A stretch of DNA of 13,734 nt from NCBI GenBank assembly GCA_046757025.1, contig JBHHXN010000140.1, positions 1 through 13,734 on the forward strand, written 5' to 3'. Under the pieces are notes generated by a model. It ran no database searches. It worked only from the letters and a program-made list of their open reading frames with translations, and was not told the DNA's origin. Both the position numbers and the translations under genes were made by a program. Each line of letters begins with the position of its first letter. Position 1 is the first letter of the stretch. The DNA is from a bacterium (GTDB lineage Bacteria; Zhuqueibacterota; Zhuqueibacteria; Oceanimicrobiales; Oceanimicrobiaceae). Shown here piece by piece: positions 1 to 7,794 of the stretch.

Positions 1-11
1 GGAATTCCTTT

Positions 12-47
12 TTGCGAATTTCGCTTTTCGGTTTGCGGCTTTTCGCT
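12..47. repeat. Heptamer-periodic intergenic repeat, copy 1
   Basis: Units ttgcgaa-tttcgct-tttcggt-ttgcggc-(t)-tttcgct. Positions 12-34 match 11413-11435 at 22 of 23 nt. Confidence 0.7.
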
Positions 48-94
48 GCATTAGAATTATTAAGGTTAAAAAATTTGAAACTCAATTAATTTTT

Positions 95-123
95 TTGCGT
101 TAAACATGACTATCAGTCATATT
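95..123 (+). promoter_or_regulatory. Possible sigma70 promoter of the efflux locus
   Basis: TTGCGT (95-100), 17-nt spacer, CATATT (118-123), in AT-rich DNA about 26 nt before the tolC-like ATG. The -10 match is imperfect. Confidence 0.4.
106..120. promoter_or_regulatory. Palindromic operator, probably TetR/AcrR-family
   Basis: Perfect inverted repeat ATGACT-atc-AGTCAT overlapping the putative promoter spacer and -10 box, directly upstream of an RND efflux locus. Confidence 0.65.
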
Positions 124-149
124 ATGTAACTACGTTCAGGAAATTAATT

Positions 150-1520
150 ATGATAAAAACTTTTGCGCTCATTTTGACTATCTTTCCTGCGGTCCTCTTT
201 TGTGGTGAAGACAAGGTCCTCGACCAATATATTCAAGAAGCCTTACAAAATAATCTGGCATTAAAACAACGTGAGTTCGCCATGCAGAAAAGCCTGGCAG
301 CCCTGCGGGAGGCCAGAGGATTGTTTCTGCCGCAGGTAAGCCTCAATGCCCGATATTCCCGAGCCGGCGGCGGCAGGGATATCGACATTCCTGTGGGCGA
401 CATGGTCAATCCCATTTATGCGACCTTGAATGAAATCCTGCAGGAGAATCGATTTCCCACCAACATCGCCAATGAAACCGTGCCGTTTTTGCGTACAGAA
501 GAGCACGAAACCAAACTGCGCATTGTGCAACCGTTGTGGCAGCCGCAGATCTTTTACAATTATAAAATCAGATCCAAGCTGAGTGAAGTGGAAAAGGCCG
601 AAAAAGATTTGTTTGTGCGGGCGCTGGTGGCTGAAGTAAAAACGGCCTATTTTAATTATCTGAAATCCCTACAAATTGTGGAGTTGTATGAAAAAACCAA
701 CCGATTGCTGCAGGAGAATTTGCGCGTGAGCCAGAAGCTGTTTGAAAATCAGAAAGCCACCCAGGAGGTGGTATTTCGCGCCAGAGCGGAATTGAGTGAG
801 TTAGACCAACGGGCGGCGGAAGCGCACAAAAACCAGCAACTTGCCTCTGCGTATTTCAATTTTTTGTTGAATGCCCCGCTGGAAAGACCCATTCGCGTAG
901 AGCCGGCGCCGGTGACCGATCCCGGCTCAAACTTAACCATGAACCTGGAGGAACTGAATCGTCAAGCTCTGAGCCGGCGGGATGAAATCAATCAACTGCA
1001 GCAAGCCATCGCCGCGGCCGAATATAACGTCCACCGATCCAGAGCGGCCCTTTTGCCGGCGCTGACGCTGGTTGTGGACTATGGCTTACAGGGCGAAAAA
1101 TATCGCCTGACAGGCCGCGACGATTTCTGGATGGGTTCTGCCGTGCTGCAATGGAATATTTTTAACGGCTACCAGGACCAAGCCAAAATTCAGCAAAATG
1201 TGCTTGAACGAAAAAAACTGCAAGCGCAGTTAGCAGAATTACAAAAACAAATTCAATTACAGATTCAAACCGTTTATCAAAATTGGCTGGTGGCGCAAAA
1301 AAGCATCGCGGCGGCCAGGGAGCGTTTGCGCAGCGCGCAAAAATCATTCAACATCGTGGCCAAAAAATACCGCCAGGGGATGGCGTCGCAAATTGAATTT
1401 ATCGACGCCAGAACGAATTTGACCCGATCCGAAATCAACCAGATAGTAACGGAATACGACCTTCAAATTCGAAAAGCGGAATTAGAAAAAGCCGCGGCGC
1501 TTTTTCCAATTGAAGAGTGA
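150..1520 (+). CDS. TolC-family outer membrane efflux protein
   Basis: 456 aa with a signal peptide and two OEP repeats (ALQNNLAL..ARGLFLPQVSL; QPLW; VKTAYFN; ALLPALTL; LQWNIFNG; KKYRQGMASQIEFIDAR). AGGA lies upstream of the ATG. Adjacent to MFP and RND genes. Confidence 0.95.
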   Translation: MIKTFALILTIFPAVLFCGEDKVLDQYIQEALQNNLALKQREFAMQKSLAALREARGLFLPQVSLNARYSRAGGGRDIDIPVGDMVNPIYATLNEILQENRFPTNIANETVPFLRTEEHETKLRIVQPLWQPQIFYNYKIRSKLSEVEKAEKDLFVRALVAEVKTAYFNYLKSLQIVELYEKTNRLLQENLRVSQKLFENQKATQEVVFRARAELSELDQRAAEAHKNQQLASAYFNFLLNAPLERPIRVEPAPVTDPGSNLTMNLEELNRQALSRRDEINQLQQAIAAAEYNVHRSRAALLPALTLVVDYGLQGEKYRLTGRDDFWMGSAVLQWNIFNGYQDQAKIQQNVLERKKLQAQLAELQKQIQLQIQTVYQNWLVAQKSIAAARERLRSAQKSFNIVAKKYRQGMASQIEFIDARTNLTRSEINQIVTEYDLQIRKAELEKAAALFPIEE

Positions 1521-1572
1521 ATTGAGTTGAAGCAATAAGTGAGCAATGAGCGGCGTGCTTTTCATATATCAA

Positions 1573-1744
1573 TCGCCCCCTTTCGTTACTTTCGAGAGAG
1601 TGGGCGAGAACCGTTTTGGGCGTTCAGAAGAGCTGCGCAGCTGGGTAAAAATCAACAACGTTAATCGCAGACGAGGACGCCCACTTGAGCAAGTATCGAA
1701 TTCTCAGACGGTTTCTCGAGGGGGATTTATTGCAGGGCTTGCTC
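1573..1744. repeat. Nested imperfect inverted-repeat element (MITE/REP-like or structured RNA)
   Basis: CGAGAACCGTTT (1605-1616) pairs with AGACGGTTTCTCG (1706-1718). TGGGCGTTC (1617-1625) pairs with GGACGCCCA (1675-1683). AGTGGGCG (1599-1606) pairs with CGCCCACT (1678-1685). There is a perfect palindrome AGCTGCGCAGCT (1631-1642) and a local hairpin at 1573-1607. Confidence 0.55.
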
Positions 1745-1831
1745 GAATTCTAATACACGAATTTAAATGTTCTACTTGTGATTTCTAAAATCAAATATTT
1801 ACCAAACAATTATTGTAATGAGGAACAAATC

Positions 1832-2881
1832 ATGAAAATTATTAAATTAGCGCTGCTTTTAATTCTCGGGGGGTTCAGTTTATTCAAGGGTTTAGGCTGT
1901 GCTTTACAGGCGGATGAACCGCCTATGGAACGCAAAATTCCGGTCAAAACCGAAATTGTTACTAGCGGGCTGTTTTCCAAACCGATTCACACCAGTGGAA
2001 AAATCTTTTCCACGGCAGAAATCAAGCTCTCATTTAAAATACCGGGAATCGTTGAGAAATTATTTACTGACGAGGGAACATCGGTTCAAAAAGGCGACCT
2101 GCTGGCACAGTTAAACTTAGCAGAAGTGGAAGCGCGATTAGCCCAGGCGCAAAGTGGTTTCGAAAAAGCCCGGCGGGATTTTCAGCGTGTACAAAAATTG
2201 TTTACGGACAGCGTGGCCACGCTGGAACAGCTTCAGGATGCAGAGACGGGTGTGAAGGTGGCGCGTTCGAATTTAGACATCGCACAGTTCAATCGCCGGC
2301 ACGCGCTGATCACCGCTCCCACCGTCGGCAAAATATTGAGACGCTTTGTGGAAGCCAACGAGCTCATTCCGGCGGGTGCGCCGGTTTTTTTGTTCGGATC
2401 AAGCGAAAAAGAGTGGTTGGTGCGAGTGGCCGTCACCGATCGTGACATCCTTAAATTGCAGCTTGGAGATTCGGCTAAGGTTGCGGTTGACGCGTATCCC
2501 GAGGTGATTTTTTCAGCGTATATAACGGAGCTGGGAGAAGCGGCTAACCCACTCAACGGCACCTATGAAGTGGAGCTGACCATCGATTCTGCCGGATTAC
2601 GGCTGGTGTCCGGTTTCGTTGCCCGGGTCGATATTTTTCCATCGAAAAAATACTCTTACCGATTTATCCCGGTGGAAGCGGTGGTGGAAGCCGATGGCGA
2701 CGACGCTTTCGTTTACCAGCTCGACCCTTCCAAAGAGCTGGCCAAAAGAGTGCCCATTAAAATCGGCTTTATTCTGAATGACCGGGTGGCGGTGGTGGCC
2801 GGCCTTGAAAAAGTTGTCGAAGTCGTCACCGAAGGCGCGCCGTATTTGAGCGACGGAAGTCGGATTTTGGTAGTAAAATAG
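1832..2881 (+). CDS. RND efflux periplasmic adaptor subunit (MFP), possible lipoprotein
   Basis: Start moved from 1778 to the ATG at 1832 (GAGGA RBS upstream, followed by a hydrophobic signal ending LGC). Lipoyl halves LSFKIPGIV..DEGTSVQKGDLLAQL and ITAPTVGKI, an alpha-hairpin, IPVEAVV and VVTEGAPYLSDG are present. Confidence 0.95.
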   Translation: MKIIKLALLLILGGFSLFKGLGCALQADEPPMERKIPVKTEIVTSGLFSKPIHTSGKIFSTAEIKLSFKIPGIVEKLFTDEGTSVQKGDLLAQLNLAEVEARLAQAQSGFEKARRDFQRVQKLFTDSVATLEQLQDAETGVKVARSNLDIAQFNRRHALITAPTVGKILRRFVEANELIPAGAPVFLFGSSEKEWLVRVAVTDRDILKLQLGDSAKVAVDAYPEVIFSAYITELGEAANPLNGTYEVELTIDSAGLRLVSGFVARVDIFPSKKYSYRFIPVEAVVEADGDDAFVYQLDPSKELAKRVPIKIGFILNDRVAVVAGLEKVVEVVTEGAPYLSDGSRILVVK

Positions 2882-2976
2882 TTTGATGATCAACATGAAA
2901 CAGGTGCTTGAATCTTTACAATTCATTCCCAATTAAAATTTGGGAACGAAATTGAAAGTAAAATGGAGAAAAAATC

Positions 2977-3780
2977 ATGAGATTGACTGGTATTCACAGA
3001 CCGGCGATTGAGGATGTCATCGAGCTAAGCCCCATCGAAATGCTGCACCCGGGCGGCATGGAGCTGACCCGCCGAGCCGCTGAAATTGCGGGCTTACAGC
3101 CCGGTATGCACGTGCTGGATGTGTCCAGCGGCAGGGGCACGCAGTCTATTTTTTACGCCAAAGAATACGGTGTGCAGGTTACCGGTGTGGACATTTCCGA
3201 AGACATGCTCAAAAGCGCACGCATCCAGGCTGAGAAAGCCGGGTTAGAACAACAGGTTAAGTTCGAGTGGGGCGATTCACAGGAGCTGAAATTTGCCGAC
3301 GACACGTTTGACGCGGCTATCAACGAATGTGCGGTGGGGATTCCGGACGATTCGCAAAAGGTGCTGGATGAGATGGTTCGCGTCACCAAACCCGGCGGCG
3401 CCATCGTCATCCACGAATCGACCTGGCGTAAAAAACTCACACAAGAAGAAAAAACCGACATTGCCGAACGATACGGCACCACACCGTTTGAGTATGAGGA
3501 ATGGCAGGAAATGCTGAAAAAGGCCGGCGTTAAAGACATTATCACGGAATTTGACCAGTGGTCCAAACCCGAAATGTTCTGGAATACGCGAGCCGATCGC
3601 GTAGTGACGGATCATCGTAAAGTCCTGTCATTAGCGGAGAAATCCATTACCGCGTTAAATGTTTTCAAAAAGTTTGGATTTAAAGGCGTGCTCAAAGCCT
3701 TTCAAAACGAAAAAATATTTTATCAAATCGTACTGCAAGGCAAATTGGGCTACTGTCTGTTCAAAGGTGTCAAGGCGTGA
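2977..3780 (+). CDS. Class I SAM-dependent methyltransferase
   Basis: LHPGGMELTRR leader, motif I VLDVSSGRG, VTGVDIS, GDSQELKFADDTFD and EMVRVTKPGG. GGAG RBS upstream. No signal peptide. Confidence 0.93.
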   Translation: MRLTGIHRPAIEDVIELSPIEMLHPGGMELTRRAAEIAGLQPGMHVLDVSSGRGTQSIFYAKEYGVQVTGVDISEDMLKSARIQAEKAGLEQQVKFEWGDSQELKFADDTFDAAINECAVGIPDDSQKVLDEMVRVTKPGGAIVIHESTWRKKLTQEEKTDIAERYGTTPFEYEEWQEMLKKAGVKDIITEFDQWSKPEMFWNTRADRVVTDHRKVLSLAEKSITALNVFKKFGFKGVLKAFQNEKIFYQIVLQGKLGYCLFKGVKA

Positions 3781-3876
3781 GCCGTTGGAGTAAACATTTT
3801 ATGGAAAGCAATGCAATATTGGGTTTTTTGGAGGGTGTTTTGGATTTAATTAGTGCAGCCCATTCGCGAGGAGATC

Positions 3877-6800
3877 ATGAAGTTATCTGAATTTGCCATA
3901 GAAAATCATCAATTCACCGTCATGGTGATGGCACTGCTGGTGTTGACCGGCGCCGTGTCTTTTTTCACCATGCCCCGCTCGGAGGATCCACAGATTTCAC
4001 CGGCCGGCAGCAACATCGTAGTCATTTTACCGGGCGCGAACCCGGCTGATATGGAGGAGCTGGTGCTCGATCCCATCGAAGAGGTGGTCAACGAGCTGGA
4101 GGACATCAAAGAAATCAAATCCACCGCCGAAGACGGTTTGGCGCTCATAAGCGTCGAATTTTTTTCCGGCAGCGACGCCGACGAAAAGTACTCGGACGTG
4201 GTGCAAAAAGTCAACAGCATCCGCGGCCAATTGCCAGAAGAAATTGTGAAACTGAACATCTTCAAATGGACCATTTCCGACGTGAAAATTTTACAGGTGG
4301 CGCTGATTTCGGATTCTTTGAGTTACCGCAATCTCGAGAAAGAAGCAGAAAGACTCAAAAAACGGTTTGAACGCGTGGCCGGCGTCAAGCGCGCCGACAC
4401 CTGGGCCTTTCCGCAGCAAGTAGTGCAGGTGGCGGTGGATCTGGAAAAACTGGCACTAATGCGTATTCCTTTAAGCCGGGTGCGTGCCGTTATTCAGAGT
4501 GAAAACGCCAACATTCCCGGCGGCTACATCGATATCAGTCGCCGCCGGTTTAATATTCAAACCAGCGGCTCTTACGACACCATGCAGGATATTGAGAATA
4601 CCATCATCGACGCCACCGACAGCAAAATAGTTTATTTGAAAGATGTGGCCGAGATTTCGTTGGACTATAAAGATCCGACCTATTTTGCGCGATTCAACGG
4701 GCAAAGAGCGGTGTTTGTTACGGCCAGCCAGAAAGCCGGCACCAACATTTACGACGTGGCAGACGCCCTCAAGAACACCCTCGAAACTTTCAGAAAGCGG
4801 TTGCCGGCCACCTTGAATCTCGAAATCGTTTTTGATCAATCCGAAAGCGTGGCGGCGCGTTTAAACGGATTTTTCGGCAATTTGCTGCAAGGGCTGCTGC
4901 TGGTGGGTGGCGTGGTGTTGCTGGCGGTGGGCTTGCGCGCCTCGTTCATCGTCATGCTGGCGATTCCTGTTTCCATTTTCATCGGCATCGGACTGGTGGA
5001 TTTGAGCGATTTTGGATTGGAGCAGATGTCCATCGCCGGGCTGGTCATCGCTCTGGGGCTGCTGGTGGACAACGCCATCGTCGTTACCGAGAACATAACC
5101 CGTTTCATGAAAATGGGGTACGGCCGCAAGGAAGCCGCTATCCAGGGTACGGAGCAAATTGCCTGGGCGGTGATCAGCTCTACGGTGACCACAGTGCTGG
5201 CTTTTGTACCCATCATCATGATGCAAAACATCACGGGCGATTTTATCCGCAGCATGCCGGCCACCGTGGTTTACACGCTGGCGGCTTCGCTCTTGGTTTC
5301 GCTCACCCTGACGCCGTTCTTGTCCCACAAACTCATCGTGGTTGGCTGCAATGGCGATATGCACGAAAGCCGCATTCGCAAACTGTTGAACAAATTCATC
5401 GACACGCGCTACCGACGAATATTGCAGTTTGCACTGCGTCGGCCCAAGCGGGTGCTGGCGTTGGCCGGGGTGGTTTTTATCGGCAGCCTGGCCCTCTTTC
5501 CCATCGTGGGGGTGAGCTTCTTCCCCAAAGCTGACAAGCCGCAGCTCTTGATCAACATCGACACGCCAAAAGGAACCAGTTTGCACAAAACCGATGCTGC
5601 GGCGCGCTATGTTGAATTCATTTTGAGATCGCAGCCGCAAATCAAAAAATACGCTGCGAATATCGGGCACGGAAATCCACGAATTTATTACAACATCATT
5701 CCAAAAAACGAAAGCAACACCCACGCGCAAATTTTAGTCGAACTGCACGATCGACGAATCGAGACCCTAACAAATACCCTGAATACGCTCCGAAAGGCTT
5801 TTGCTGATTACGCCGGCGCCAAAATCGAGGTTAAAGAATTTGAGCAGGGGCCGCCCATCGAAGCGCCCATCGCCATTCGAATCATCGGCGACAATTTGGA
5901 TGTACTCAAGCGGATTTCCCGGGACGTCGAAGATATGTTTGCCACCGTTCCGGGCGTCATCAACATCAACAATCCGCTCAGCACCGCTAAAACCGATCTG
6001 CAGGTCAAAATCAACCGGGCGAAAGCCAGTCTGCTGGGGGTGCCGCTGGTGGAAATCGACCGCACAGTACGCACGGCTGTGGCCGGGTCGGTTGTTTCGC
6101 AATTTCGCGATACAGACGGAAAGGAGTACGACATCGCGCTGCGTGCGCAAACGGCGGATGAGCTGCGGGTGTCGGACTTCGACAAAATCTACGTATCTTC
6201 GCTGACCGGCGCGCAGGTGCCATTGAAACAATTGGCTGCCATCGAGTTTAAAGCCACGCCCATGCTCATCGATCATTACAACTTGCAGCGAAACGTTCTG
6301 CTCACCGCTGATGTGCTGAGATCGGTTTCGGTCAATTCCGCCACCCGACAAATCGTAGCCAAATTGCAACGATATGATTGGCCGAGTGGTTACCGCTTTT
6401 ACATTGCGGGTGAAAAAGAGCAGCGGGAAGAATCTTTTGGCGGCATGGCCAAAGCGGTCATCGTCGCCATGATTGGCATCTTCGCGGTGCTGGTACTGCA
6501 ATTCAGATCGTACTCGCAGCCGCTCGTCGTGTTTTCGGCCATTCCTTTTGCCATTACCGGGTCTATTCTGGCGCTGCTGATTACGGGCTACAGTTTCTCG
6601 TTTACCGCGTTTGTCGGTATCACCAGTCTGGTGGGCATCGTGGTCAACAATTCCATCATCCTGGTGGATTACAGCAATCAACTGCGCCGGCAGGGTAAAC
6701 CGCTCCTGGCCGCGCTGGATGAAGCCGCCAGAACACGGTTCGTTCCGATCATACTTACCACCGCTACTACTGTCGGCGGCTTGCTGCCCCTGACTCTGCG

Positions 6801-6921
6801 CGGCGGCACCTTGTGGGCGCCCATGGGCTGGACTATCATCGGCGGACTGCTGGTTTCGACGGTATTGACGCTCATGGTAGTGCCGGTGCTGTACCGGCTG
6901 TTCACGCCGGAAACGCGTTGA
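3877..6921 (+). CDS. RND efflux transporter permease subunit (AcrB/AcrD/AcrF family)
   Basis: Start moved from the GTG at 3853 to the ATG at 3877 (GAGGAG RBS). About 1014 aa with a 12-TM pattern and two periplasmic domains. Motifs GLLVDNAIVVTENI, SLTLTPFL, FFPKAD, GIVVNNSIILVD, RFVPIILTT and LTLMVVPVLY. Confidence 0.97.
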   Translation: MKLSEFAIENHQFTVMVMALLVLTGAVSFFTMPRSEDPQISPAGSNIVVILPGANPADMEELVLDPIEEVVNELEDIKEIKSTAEDGLALISVEFFSGSDADEKYSDVVQKVNSIRGQLPEEIVKLNIFKWTISDVKILQVALISDSLSYRNLEKEAERLKKRFERVAGVKRADTWAFPQQVVQVAVDLEKLALMRIPLSRVRAVIQSENANIPGGYIDISRRRFNIQTSGSYDTMQDIENTIIDATDSKIVYLKDVAEISLDYKDPTYFARFNGQRAVFVTASQKAGTNIYDVADALKNTLETFRKRLPATLNLEIVFDQSESVAARLNGFFGNLLQGLLLVGGVVLLAVGLRASFIVMLAIPVSIFIGIGLVDLSDFGLEQMSIAGLVIALGLLVDNAIVVTENITRFMKMGYGRKEAAIQGTEQIAWAVISSTVTTVLAFVPIIMMQNITGDFIRSMPATVVYTLAASLLVSLTLTPFLSHKLIVVGCNGDMHESRIRKLLNKFIDTRYRRILQFALRRPKRVLALAGVVFIGSLALFPIVGVSFFPKADKPQLLINIDTPKGTSLHKTDAAARYVEFILRSQPQIKKYAANIGHGNPRIYYNIIPKNESNTHAQILVELHDRRIETLTNTLNTLRKAFADYAGAKIEVKEFEQGPPIEAPIAIRIIGDNLDVLKRISRDVEDMFATVPGVININNPLSTAKTDLQVKINRAKASLLGVPLVEIDRTVRTAVAGSVVSQFRDTDGKEYDIALRAQTADELRVSDFDKIYVSSLTGAQVPLKQLAAIEFKATPMLIDHYNLQRNVLLTADVLRSVSVNSATRQIVAKLQRYDWPSGYRFYIAGEKEQREESFGGMAKAVIVAMIGIFAVLVLQFRSYSQPLVVFSAIPFAITGSILALLITGYSFSFTAFVGITSLVGIVVNNSIILVDYSNQLRRQGKPLLAALDEAARTRFVPIILTTATTVGGLLPLTLRGGTLWAPMGWTIIGGLLVSTVLTLMVVPVLYRLFTPETR

Positions 6922-6951
6922 CTTTGGCGGCAAATTTCGATAGATTCCGGT

Positions 6952-7377
6952 ATGATTCAAGTAACCGAAACCATCGCCATTCGCGAGGACGAGCTGCAGT
7001 TCGATTTTATCCGTGCTACCGGTCCGGGCGGGCAGAACGTCAACAAAGTTGCTACCGCGGTGCAGCTTCGGTTTGACGTTCGAAATTCGCCTTCGTTGCC
7101 GGATTTCGTGCGAGAGCGTCTGATTCGTCTGGCTGGGAAAAAAATTACGTCCAGCGGCGTTTTAATCATCACCGCCCGCCGTTACCGCTCCCAGGAGAAA
7201 AACCGTCAGGACGCAGTCGAACGATTGCTTGCGATGATTCAGAAAGCCGCGGTGGTTCCTAAACTGAGAAAAAAAACCAAACCATCCGCCCAGTCTAAGC
7301 GGCTGCGTCTGCAGGCCAAGCGTCATCGCGGCAAGATCAAGGAAATGCGTCGGATCGATCCCCTTTCGGAAAAATAG
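6952..7377 (+). CDS. arfB: Alternative ribosome rescue aminoacyl-tRNA hydrolase ArfB (YaeJ)
   Basis: GPGGQNVNKVATAVQLRFD GGQ motif, RSQEKNRQDA, and a basic C-terminal tail RKKTKPSAQSKRLRLQAKRHRGKIK. 141 aa. Confidence 0.96.
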   Translation: MIQVTETIAIREDELQFDFIRATGPGGQNVNKVATAVQLRFDVRNSPSLPDFVRERLIRLAGKKITSSGVLIITARRYRSQEKNRQDAVERLLAMIQKAAVVPKLRKKTKPSAQSKRLRLQAKRHRGKIKEMRRIDPLSEK

Positions 7378-7404
7378 CCAACGCCTGTAATGGACCGAGG
7401 GCTG

Positions 7405-7428
7405 AAACGGAAATAGCGAATTTAGAAA
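7405..7428. repeat. Degenerate inverted copy of the heptamer-periodic repeat
   Basis: AAACGGAAATAGCGAATTTAGAAA aligns to the reverse complement of 12-34 at 19 of 23 positions with one gap. Confidence 0.3.
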
Positions 7429-7794
7429 ATGTAAATCAGCTCCATACCTGGATCCGTTTTTTTTCCAATAAATTCAGCGCCAATTTTCAAGTTAAGGTAA
7501 GATTAAGCCATGCGTTTTTTGAAAATAGTATTGATTTTTTCATCGTTTTTGTGCATTTTAAAACGACCAATTATTGTCTCAGAGAATGGCCGCGCGAGCG
7601 AATTTTAACGGTGCTGATGTATTAATTTTCAGTTCTGATTTCTAAAATTAACCTGCTCAATCTAAACATCCTGGAAACAAAAACGCGGGCAATGCGTTTT
7701 ATTTTTGTGATGCTTTGAATGGATAAGTTTTTTGCCTTTCCCGTGGAAGCTCGGTTTCCTGTTCCAGTTAAATTGCTCGTTGCTAAAAAGTCAG

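Noticed and set aside
1515..1552. GAGTGA/GAGCAAT-like short repeats after the tolC stop
   Set aside because: Too short and irregular to define a unit. Not CRISPR-like.
1686..1762. Resemblance to group II intron domain V/VI (GAGC...ACGGTTTCTCGAGGGGG)
   Set aside because: The AGC-containing segment does not pair with ACGGTT to form the roughly 34-nt domain V hairpin, and there is no RT/maturase or other intron domain.
1546..1788. 80-aa ORF in the tolC-MFP spacer
   Set aside because: No convincing RBS or motif, and it coincides with the inverted-repeat element, so it is likely spurious.
4471..6960. Long antisense ORFs (289 aa at 4861-5730, 397 aa at 5767-6960, and others)
   Set aside because: They lie entirely opposite the RND gene, have no recognisable motifs, and are typical shadow ORFs produced by codon bias.
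1779..7648. Exact 13-mer TGATTTCTAAAAT at 1779-1791 and 7636-7648
   Set aside because: About one 13-mer match is expected by chance in a window of this size, and more in AT-rich spacers.
7378..7794. Possible riboswitch or ncRNA in the long spacer, and a T-run at 7456-7464 as an arfB terminator
   Set aside because: No recognisable riboswitch consensus. The stem before the T-run (TCCA/TGGA) is only 4 bp.
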